Origin: an uncultured Pelagibacteraceae bacterium
GTDB taxonomy: Bacteria > Pseudomonadota > Alphaproteobacteria > Pelagibacterales > Pelagibacteraceae
Length of the DNA: 64,000 nt
Direction of reading: 5' to 3'
Assembly: GCA_902607735.1 (NCBI GenBank)
Contig: CACLLG010000002.1
Coordinates: 6,635 to 70,634 of the forward strand
Below are positions 49,296-57,291 of the stretch, piece after piece (the stretch's first letter is position 1; each line of letters opens with the position of its first letter). Made by a program: the position numbers and the translations under genes. The notes under the pieces were generated by a model. The model was not told the origin of the DNA, made no database searches, and saw nothing but the letters and a program-made list of their open reading frames with translations.

Positions 49296-50504
49296 TTATG
49301 TATTGTTAATAATGTAATTTGAAACAATTTTATAACCATCGTAATTAAAATGCATCCAATCTAACGGTCCATGCAAAATTTTATTTGCGTTTTCCTCCCT
49401 GATATGTTGGGCAATATCAAGAAAATCTAGATTATTTTTTTTGGAAAAATTTTCTATTTCTTCTCTAATATATTCGCTTTTTAAATCATTTTCCTTATTT
49501 GAGAGAATTTTAATTGTTTCTGAATTTTTTATCGTATATTCGATTGGTTCATCCCAAATATAACAGCTTATTGGAGATGGTATATAAACTATTAATATTT
49601 CATCAGTTCCTATCCAAGATTTAATATATTTTATTGATTCAAAAAATATTTTTAAACTTATCGAGATTTCTTCATTAGTTAAGTTAGCAGCCGCACTATG
49701 TAGAGGTTGTATATTGTTATAATTATCTTTGTTTTTTATTGAGTTGATGTATATTTCCTTATTTTTTTTTTCAGTATTTAAAAGGACAGTAAAACCTAAA
49801 AACTTTTTAATTCGATCGATTATTAATGATTTTTTATTTTCATTCTGATCATTGGTTAATAATTTGTTAAATAAAATATGTATATGACCATATAAATCAC
49901 CCACGATTGAAATTAGAGGAAGAAGACTAGTTAACTTGTCATTCGTAGTAAGACTGGTATTTTCTTTAATGCGTCGCGAAACAAAACTGTTAATATCTTC
50001 ATTTGTATTTGATAGTGAAGAATATTCAAAAAAATTATCTTCGAGATCGTTGCCCTCGTAGAAAAAAAAGATAATTGATTCTGGTTTATTTAAATTTTTA
50101 AAAAAAATTGGTAAATTACTTATTTTCTTTAATTTAACTAAATTTGAAACAGCAGAAATAGAGCCAAAACCTGCTCTTCCAAATATTAAATAATTTTTAT
50201 CGTCATTTTTGTGTAAATGATGACCAATAGAATAATCGTAAGTGCCATTTAAATACCCATCACCATTTCCTTGGGAGTAAGAATCTCCTACAATAGCTAT
50301 ATAATTTTCTAAATTATTCTTTTTATAGGTATCTGGATAAAATGTTACTAGAAAATTAGGTAAAGAATTGGCGAGAGATCTTGGATAAAATTTTTGTGAA
50401 GGAAAATTTAAAATTAGAAAATTAACAATTAGTAAGCTCAATATTAGAAAAATTATTAAAATAAAGAAATTTATAAAATAATTTTTTAGCTTTATTAAAT
50501 CCAT
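49296..50504 (-). CDS. Membrane-anchored SGNH/GDSL-like hydrolase or acyl-transfer protein
   Basis: 402 aa. N-terminal TM, block I IAIVGDSYSQGNGDG (GDS), C-terminal DWMH (DxxH). Confidence 0.5.
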   Translation of the reverse strand: MDLIKLKNYFINFFILIIFLILSLLIVNFLILNFPSQKFYPRSLANSLPNFLVTFYPDTYKKNNLENYIAIVGDSYSQGNGDGYLNGTYDYSIGHHLHKNDDKNYLIFGRAGFGSISAVSNLVKLKKISNLPIFFKNLNKPESIIFFFYEGNDLEDNFFEYSSLSNTNEDINSFVSRRIKENTSLTTNDKLTSLLPLISIVGDLYGHIHILFNKLLTNDQNENKKSLIIDRIKKFLGFTVLLNTEKKNKEIYINSIKNKDNYNNIQPLHSAAANLTNEEISISLKIFFESIKYIKSWIGTDEILIVYIPSPISCYIWDEPIEYTIKNSETIKILSNKENDLKSEYIREEIENFSKKNNLDFLDIAQHIREENANKILHGPLDWMHFNYDGYKIVSNYIINNT

Positions 50505-51839
50505 TTATTTATTTAACAATTTTCTTTGACTCAATATAAGAGATGCAATTAATATAATGTATGTAGCATTATTGGTTGTAAAAATGCTACCGGTTTGTTT
50601 AAAAGGAAACACTTCTAATATTAAACTTGTTATAGACGCTATCAAAATTAATTTTTTTTGGCTATCATCATTTAAAAATTTAAAATTTCTAAACAAAAAA
50701 GCTATGAATGCTACTCCCATTATTACTATAACAATAAATCCTATTATTCCAGTTTCTGTTAAAATTTCTATGTAGTAATTATGAGGATGAGAAGCACACA
50801 GTCGATTTTTTTTATTCATATTAACTTTTATACAATCATCTCTGAATGATTTAATTCCATTTCCAAATATCTTATTAAATTTCCAGGTATCAACTCCGGT
50901 AAATATTAATTTTTTAAATGAATTCGATGTTGGAAGCCATTTTTTTTCTTCTTTTGGTTTCATATTCGATCTACTTTCAGTTGATAGCTCATCTAAATCG
51001 ACCATAATATTTTTTACGTTTAAATAAAAAGATAAATAACTTTTTTTAATATGATTATCGAATGACGCTGCAATCCAAATAATTATAGATAAAATCAAAA
51101 AACTTGCTGGTATTATTTTTTTTAATTTTTTGCTTAGAACAAAAATTATGATTAAACCTAATAAAAATAAAATTAAAGGCATTCTATTTCCAGAGAATAA
51201 AATACCAACGCCTAATAAACATATTAGTGAAGTGATTAATATAAACTTTAAAAGTTTTTTATCTTTTAGTTTAAAAGCTAAAAAAAGTACTGAAAAAAAT
51301 GAAAAGTTTTGTATAAACCCGCCTGCTATCCATTCGTCACCAAAAAAACTAGAATTATGATGAAAATAACCCTCGAGTCCTATGATATTAAAACCAAAAA
51401 AGTATTGATAAATTATATCGAAGGATATTAAAATTGGAGAAAAAACTGCCGTTAGAAAAAAATATTTAAAATTTAAAACACCAGACTCGCTCAAGAGACA
51501 TACTATTATTAACATTAAAAAGAATCTAAAAAATAATATAGATTTTACTAACTTTAATAAATTATCATACTCATATCCATCGCTATAAAGTGATTTGATA
51601 AAACTGAGTGCTGTTGAAAAAAAAATTATTAAAAAAAATATAAAAATAATTTTTATAGAAAAATTAAATTTAATTTCTAAAATTCTCGATTTTAAATAAA
51701 AAATACCTAAAAAACAAAATAATAGAATATTAATATTAGTTATTAAGTTTCCTAAAATAAAGCTAATCGGAAAAAAACCAAAAACAAAATTTGTAAAAAA
51801 AATGCAATTAGTATTAAAAATTTTTTTATTTAAAATCAT
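50505..51839 (-). CDS. O-antigen ligase/polymerase family membrane protein (Wzy_C-type)
   Basis: 444 aa, about 10-12 TM. The periplasmic loop contains GNGIKSF...SHPHNYYIEILTETGIIGF, matching the O-antigen ligase domain signature (H-N-x-x-L-x-x-x-x-E-x-G-x-x-G). Confidence 0.7.
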   Translation of the reverse strand: MILNKKIFNTNCIFFTNFVFGFFPISFILGNLITNINILLFCFLGIFYLKSRILEIKFNFSIKIIFIFFLIIFFSTALSFIKSLYSDGYEYDNLLKLVKSILFFRFFLMLIIVCLLSESGVLNFKYFFLTAVFSPILISFDIIYQYFFGFNIIGLEGYFHHNSSFFGDEWIAGGFIQNFSFFSVLFLAFKLKDKKLLKFILITSLICLLGVGILFSGNRMPLILFLLGLIIIFVLSKKLKKIIPASFLILSIIIWIAASFDNHIKKSYLSFYLNVKNIMVDLDELSTESRSNMKPKEEKKWLPTSNSFKKLIFTGVDTWKFNKIFGNGIKSFRDDCIKVNMNKKNRLCASHPHNYYIEILTETGIIGFIVIVIMGVAFIAFLFRNFKFLNDDSQKKLILIASITSLILEVFPFKQTGSIFTTNNATYIILIASLILSQRKLLNK

Positions 51840-51840
51840 T

Positions 51841-52749
51841 TTAATCTTGGTAAAACCATAAAAATTTCTTTAATATAATTCCTGGCATAATAAGTATAAA
51901 TAAATTTTTCATGTTAAATATATTGCTTTTTCGATTTAGTAAAATATTAAAGCACTCTTTATATTTGCCATCAATTTTGTAATTTACAAGTTTATAGTAA
52001 TCAAGTTTATTTTGTATATTTCTAAAATTAAATTGACTTAAATCATCTTTGTTTTCATTCAACCATATCTCATGTTCTTTAATTTCTTTTTCTTTTAAAA
52101 TAGCTGACAAATTACCAGCGTGTAATCTATAAAAAGCTAAAGGTTTTTGAACACTTTCAAAAATACATAATTTTGAAAGCCTTAAAAATAAATCAAAATC
52201 ACCTATGATTGAAAATCGTTCGTCAAATTTCTTTTTTAATTTTAAATAAAATTTTTTTCTTAAAACTACCGTTAAAATTCCTATATTATAATTTTTTATT
52301 AAATCGTCATAAATAAAACCTCGAGGCAAATTTTTTTTTGTATATATTTTCTTTTTATTCATATTATTTTTAATAATCCAAAGATTGCTATAAACTAAAC
52401 CTACTTCTGAATTACTAAAAAAGCCCATTTGCATCTCAAGTTTGTCTTTGCTCCACATATCATCAACGTCCAGGAAGGCGATAAAATCGCCATTTGATTT
52501 TTCTATTGCCAGATTTCGCGCTTCATACAATGCTGTATGTTTGTCTGCGTCAAAATACTTAAACCTTTTGTCATCATAACTTTTAAATATTTTTGCGCTT
52601 TTATCTTTTGATTTGTTATCCCAGAAAATTATTTCCCAATTTTGATAAGTCTGATTTTTTATACTTTCAATAGAATCTTTTAAAAAGTTTTCACCATTAA
52701 AACAATTCATTATTATGCTTACTAATGGTTTTTTGTTATTTATTTCCAC
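51841..52749 (-). CDS. GT2-family glycosyltransferase
   Basis: 302 aa. VSIIMNCFNGENFLKDSIESIKNQTY...FWDNKS and FLDVDDMW. Confidence 0.8.
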   Translation of the reverse strand: MEINNKKPLVSIIMNCFNGENFLKDSIESIKNQTYQNWEIIFWDNKSKDKSAKIFKSYDDKRFKYFDADKHTALYEARNLAIEKSNGDFIAFLDVDDMWSKDKLEMQMGFFSNSEVGLVYSNLWIIKNNMNKKKIYTKKNLPRGFIYDDLIKNYNIGILTVVLRKKFYLKLKKKFDERFSIIGDFDLFLRLSKLCIFESVQKPLAFYRLHAGNLSAILKEKEIKEHEIWLNENKDDLSQFNFRNIQNKLDYYKLVNYKIDGKYKECFNILLNRKSNIFNMKNLFILIMPGIILKKFLWFYQD

Positions 52750-53474
52750 TTAAATTTACTTTTTTTATAAATTTTTTCTAATACTTCTTTGTCACGTTTG
52801 GTATCCATACATTTCCAAAAACCTTTATGCTTAAATGCATAGAGCTGTTCACTTAAAGAAGCTTTTTCTAACGGTTCTTTTTCTAAAATTGTTGTATCTC
52901 CTTTAATTAAGTCAAAAAAATCATATTTGGCAATAAAAAAACCACCATTTATCCATCCTTCTGTAACCTGTGGTTTTTCTTTAAATGAAATTACTTTATT
53001 TTTTTTTAAAAGAATCTCACCAAATCTGGCTGGTGGTCTTACTGCTGTAACAGATACTAACCTATTATGTTTTTTATGAAATCTTTCTAAACTTTTTAGA
53101 TTTACATTAGAAATTCCATCTCCATAGGTAAACATAAAGTTTTCTTCTCTGTTAATAAATTTTTTTACTCTCCTTAAGCGTCCACCCGTAAATGTCTTTG
53201 CACCCGTATAAATTAATGTAATTGTGCAAATTTTGTTATTTATTTTGTGATGAAATTTTTTATTAAGATTTTTAAAATTTTTGAAATATTTCGTTACTAC
53301 ATGACTTTTATAACCTAGCGCAATATAAAAATCATTGTAATTATACTTTAGATACTGTTCCATTATATGTACAAGCAGTGGCTTATTACCAATTTTTACC
53401 ATCGGCTTAGGTACAGTATTTGTATGTTCGGCAAGTCTTGTTCCAAGGCCTCCAGCTAACAAAATAACTTTCAT
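52740..53474 (-). CDS. rfbF: Glucose-1-phosphate cytidylyltransferase
   Basis: 244 aa. MKVILLAGGLGTRLAEHTNTVPKPMVKIGNKPLL, and WKCMDTKRD near the C-terminus. Confidence 0.8.
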   Translation of the reverse strand: MKVILLAGGLGTRLAEHTNTVPKPMVKIGNKPLLVHIMEQYLKYNYNDFYIALGYKSHVVTKYFKNFKNLNKKFHHKINNKICTITLIYTGAKTFTGGRLRRVKKFINREENFMFTYGDGISNVNLKSLERFHKKHNRLVSVTAVRPPARFGEILLKKNKVISFKEKPQVTEGWINGGFFIAKYDFFDLIKGDTTILEKEPLEKASLSEQLYAFKHKGFWKCMDTKRDKEVLEKIYKKSKFKWK

Positions 53475-53478
53475 AAGT

Positions 53479-54582
53479 TTAAAATATTTTTGCGCATTTT
53501 GAACCTTTTTTAATCATTAAATATTGATATTTTTTTATTTGCTCATTTGTATTGTAAGCGGCATTTTTTGGATTCTGGTAAAATTTACTATACCAGTTTG
53601 ATACCATGTCCATTACTTCATCTAATTTGAGAATGCTCTGCCATTTCAAAATTTTTTTAGCCTTTTCACAATTCAATCTTAATAACCCCGATTCATAAAA
53701 TTTTTTTTTAGAATCTGAACTTATTTTCCAATGGACATTATTCCAATATTTGTTCATTGATTTCATTACATCTAAAACAGTAAACTCTTTAGATAAATTT
53801 GGTCCAAAATTAAATGGTTGACCATGCAATTTTTTATTTAGTTTTAAATTTACTGCTAAACATAAATAACCTCCCGCTGCTTCAAGTACATGCTGCCACG
53901 GTCTTGTCGATTTTGGATTTCTAATAATTACTTTTTTTCCTTTAGACCATGATCTTACACAATCAGGTATAAGACGATCTTGTGCCCAATCTCCTCCCCC
54001 AATAACATTTCCTGCTCTAGCTACACCAATTATCACCTTGGTTTTTTTTAATGGAAAAAACGATTCAATATAAGATTTAATTAAAAGTTCTGCTGATGCT
54101 TTTGAGGCGCTATAGGGATCATGACCTCCTAAAGAATCGTCTTCTTTATATCCTTTTTTTTGCTCAATATTTTTATAACACTTATCGCTTGTTATAATTA
54201 CAGCTACACATTTTTTTTTCATTTCTCTGAGTGATTCTAAAACATTTAGAGTTCCAATTAAATTTGTATGCCAAGTTTTATTTGGATTTTTATAAGATTT
54301 TTTTACAAGAGACTGTGCCGCTAAGTGAAAAACAAAGTCAGGTTGATATTTTTTAAAACATTTTTTTAGAGAATTTAAATTTCTAATATCCCCTCTTACA
54401 TCAGTGATATTTTTATTTATTTTAGCAGAAATGTAATGTGAAGGCTTGGTTGGCACACTTATTGAAAATCCAATAACTTTGGCTCCTAAATTTTTTAGCC
54501 AGCATGTCAACCACGATCCTTTAAATCCAGTATGACCTGTAACAATAATTTTCTTGTTTTTAAATATTTTTTTTAAATTCAT
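53479..54582 (-). CDS. rfbG: CDP-glucose 4,6-dehydratase
   Basis: 367 aa. VTGHTGFKGSWL, YSASKASAE (YxxxK), TRPWQHVLE. Confidence 0.8.
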   Translation of the reverse strand: MNLKKIFKNKKIIVTGHTGFKGSWLTCWLKNLGAKVIGFSISVPTKPSHYISAKINKNITDVRGDIRNLNSLKKCFKKYQPDFVFHLAAQSLVKKSYKNPNKTWHTNLIGTLNVLESLREMKKKCVAVIITSDKCYKNIEQKKGYKEDDSLGGHDPYSASKASAELLIKSYIESFFPLKKTKVIIGVARAGNVIGGGDWAQDRLIPDCVRSWSKGKKVIIRNPKSTRPWQHVLEAAGGYLCLAVNLKLNKKLHGQPFNFGPNLSKEFTVLDVMKSMNKYWNNVHWKISSDSKKKFYESGLLRLNCEKAKKILKWQSILKLDEVMDMVSNWYSKFYQNPKNAAYNTNEQIKKYQYLMIKKGSKCAKIF

Positions 54583-54632
54583 CTATTTTTTTCTGATGTA
54601 ATTTTTTAAAAAAACTTGTTATAGCAAAAAAT

Positions 54633-55145
54633 TTATACTTGATACTTTTTTATGTATTTGTGTGCCAAAAATGCAGTGTAAGAAAAAACTAGAGTAGATA
54701 AGAAAGTATTTTTAAAAAAAGGTATGGCAAGGAAATAACAATGAACTAGACCATCAAAACTTTTTTCATACATCGAGCTAATAGCCCAAACTCCAAAGTT
54801 TGAAATAATAAAGAATATAACCGACCCAATAAAACCAAATATAAATAAATTTTTGAAATTAATTTTCCAGTTTGTTTTAAAAAAAACAAAAGTTATTACA
54901 AGCAAAGACATATATACGAAAATCATATGACCATAAAATCCAATAAAAAAATCGGCTATTAACATTGAAATTATCATAGTTGCAAAAGATAAATAAATGT
55001 TTCTAAAAAAATAGCTACTCATTATTGCGACAGCTATAACTGGAGTAAAATTTGGTGGATGAGGGATTAGTCTAGCTAATGCTAAAATCAGTATAAAACT
55101 AATTGGAACAATTTCTTTATCTAAATTTTTTAATAAATTTTGCAT
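54633..55145 (-). CDS. Small polytopic membrane protein (DUF6580-like), possible inner-membrane vitamin transport component
   Basis: 170 aa, 5-6 TM. LARLIPHPPNFTPVIAVAI N-terminal motif as I recall for DUF6580. Lies 4 nt downstream of the BtuB-like gene, so is probably co-transcribed. Confidence 0.45.
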   Translation of the reverse strand: MQNLLKNLDKEIVPISFILILALARLIPHPPNFTPVIAVAIMSSYFFRNIYLSFATMIISMLIADFFIGFYGHMIFVYMSLLVITFVFFKTNWKINFKNLFIFGFIGSVIFFIISNFGVWAISSMYEKSFDGLVHCYFLAIPFFKNTFLSTLVFSYTAFLAHKYIKKYQV

Positions 55146-55149
55146 TAAC

Positions 55150-57063
55150 TCAATATACCCTTCTTATTCCAAAATTAAAAGACCTATCCATTTGTGAATA
55201 ATCTCTAACGGTCTCATATTTTTCATCTAAAATATTATTTATATCAAAAAATAGATTGTAAGTGTTCCATAAATTATATTTTATTGATAAATCATTTACT
55301 AAATAATCATCTAAACCTTCATCTTGATATGTTCTGTTACCATTCCCATAATCTCTTGCTTCATCAGACCATTTAGTATTCAACGTTAAATCTAAATTTT
55401 TATAACCTGGAATTTTTATATTTGTTGCTAAATTAATAATATTTCTGGGGACTCTAACCATTTGTGCCATGGTATAAGCGTGATTTTTATCGGGATCATC
55501 TTGTTCTGCACCATCGTACGTAGATGTATAAGTATAATTTAAATCAAAATTTAATTTATCACTTTTTTTCCATTTTGAAACTAATTCCAAGCCTTGAGAT
55601 TCAACAACTCCAGGAAAATTATATGACTCCCAAGTTCCTGTTCCTTTCCAACCTTCAATTGTATCATTATATTTTATGTTAAAATAAGAAGCATCTATAC
55701 TTAATCCTAAATTTGAAAAAGATTTTTCAATTCCTAAATCGAAACTTTCACTAGTTTCCGCTTTCATTGAAGAATTGAATGAGTTAAGCCAATTAAGTTC
55801 ATAAAGAGAAGGAAAACGAAATCCTGTTCCATAAGAACTTTTTAATTTTGTAGATTTATCATCAAAAAGATAAGCTAATGTTGCTCTGTGTGAATCTTCG
55901 TTGCCAGCATGTTTGTGTTCATCAAATCTTGAACCGAATGTCGCATAAATATTATTAGTAACTCTGCTTTGATAATCAAAATAGGTTGATGTTACATATG
56001 CATGGTCATCTATACGACCAGCCATGTCTTTGTTGTATCCCATTTTATCCTCTTCTCTTTCAAACCCAAATACAACACTGTTATCAAGATTAAAATTATA
56101 ATTACCTGAGTATATAAACCCATATCTAGTTCCATAATAATTATCTTGAGCTATGTTACCGCTATTTGGAGTTTCCGCAGCGATTCTTTCGATATATGTA
56201 TTTGCTAATGTTAATTTATTAATGAATTGACTATTTGGTTCATAAATTAAAGATATATTTGATGAAGACTGTAGAGCATCTAACTCTTCACTATGATCTG
56301 CCGAAGCGGTATCCAATTCTTTATCATACTGAGAGTAAGTTTCAGCAACTCTTAGATTACTTTCAAATTTTATTTTTTCAGAAAATTTATGTGCATAATT
56401 TGCAACTATAGTATTGTTTCTGTATCTATCTTTTTCATCATTATGTGTCATTGCTGACATACCGTTAGTATGGAATCTTTCTAAACCGATACGAAAATTA
56501 TCATTTTCATCTGCTCCAGAGAATGAAAGTGATAAATTATTGGTTCCGTGAGATGCATGATTATATTGTATATTTTTTTGAAAACCGGGTTCACCTTTTT
56601 TAGTCGTAATATTTATAGTTCCTCCTATAGCTCCACTTCCATAGACGGAACTTTGATTGCCTTTTAAAATTTCTACCCTGGCTATTTGGCTTGTTAAAAT
56701 ATGATTAAAATTAAAGTCGTTCGATGGACTTGCTGGATCAGACATTTTAACACCATCAATATAAACAGTTGAATATCTTTTTGGTAAACCTCTCAATTGA
56801 ACAGCTGAAGTTTGTCCTTGGCCACCATTTTGAAAGAAATTAATGCTTGTTGAGTTCGTTGCTAAAGCATCTCCTAAAAAAAGCTCATTTGAATTTTTAA
56901 AAAATGTTTCATCAAACACTGCCACAGAGGTTCCAACAGTTGAAACAGATTGTGCTTTTTTGCTTGGAGCTATAACAATTATAGGTATATCTGCAGCAAA
57001 AACACTATTTATTGGGAAAGATAGAATTATAATTAGTTGTATTATTCTTTTTAGCATAAGCAT
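55150..57063 (-). CDS. btuB: TonB-dependent outer-membrane receptor, BtuB-like (vitamin B12 transporter candidate)
   Basis: 637 aa. Signal peptide, TonB-box-like IPIIVIAPS, plug motifs (VQLRGL, VYIDGV, RVEILKGNQSSVYGSGAIGGTINI), and a beta-barrel ending FNFGIRRVY. Size is close to BtuB and a cobalamin riboswitch lies directly upstream. Confidence 0.8.
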   Translation of the reverse strand: MLMLKRIIQLIIILSFPINSVFAADIPIIVIAPSKKAQSVSTVGTSVAVFDETFFKNSNELFLGDALATNSTSINFFQNGGQGQTSAVQLRGLPKRYSTVYIDGVKMSDPASPSNDFNFNHILTSQIARVEILKGNQSSVYGSGAIGGTINITTKKGEPGFQKNIQYNHASHGTNNLSLSFSGADENDNFRIGLERFHTNGMSAMTHNDEKDRYRNNTIVANYAHKFSEKIKFESNLRVAETYSQYDKELDTASADHSEELDALQSSSNISLIYEPNSQFINKLTLANTYIERIAAETPNSGNIAQDNYYGTRYGFIYSGNYNFNLDNSVVFGFEREEDKMGYNKDMAGRIDDHAYVTSTYFDYQSRVTNNIYATFGSRFDEHKHAGNEDSHRATLAYLFDDKSTKLKSSYGTGFRFPSLYELNWLNSFNSSMKAETSESFDLGIEKSFSNLGLSIDASYFNIKYNDTIEGWKGTGTWESYNFPGVVESQGLELVSKWKKSDKLNFDLNYTYTSTYDGAEQDDPDKNHAYTMAQMVRVPRNIINLATNIKIPGYKNLDLTLNTKWSDEARDYGNGNRTYQDEGLDDYLVNDLSIKYNLWNTYNLFFDINNILDEKYETVRDYSQMDRSFNFGIRRVY

Positions 57064-57079
57064 TCAATTTTTTGCCACT

Positions 57080-57225
57080 GCTAATTTTGCATCGTAGAAC
57101 TAGACTTTTCCTGGCCTTCGTTCAACAGCGGACTATACTGGGTGGAGCTCGGACTATCTTATACTTCTAAACCGTTGCAGGAACAGTCAATGAATTTCAC
57201 ATTGTTTCCCACCATGCATTTCAGT
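57080..57225 (-). promoter_or_regulatory. Cobalamin riboswitch (compact, class-II/AdoCbl-variant-like architecture)
   Basis: The minus strand reads GGTGGGAAACAATGTGAAATTCATTGACTGTTCCTGCAACGGT...AGTCCGAGCTCCACC. It contains GGGAA, hairpin CAATG-TGAAATT-CATTG (GGUGaaAAuCC-type), CCTGCAACGGT (CCCGCaACUGU-type), and a B12-box-like AGTCCGAGCTCCACC whose CCACC pairs with the 5' GGTGG. Boundaries are approximate. Confidence 0.7.
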
Positions 57226-57234
57226 ACAATTTTG

Positions 57235-57263
57235 TAATTACGTTAAAACATCTTGCTTGTCAA
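57235..57263 (-). promoter_or_regulatory. Candidate sigma70-type promoter for the riboswitch-btuB transcript
   Basis: On the minus strand: TTGACA (57263-57258), 17 nt spacer, TAATTA (57240-57235). Confidence 0.4.
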
Positions 57264-57291
57264 TATTCAAATTTGTATCTTATAATAATTT

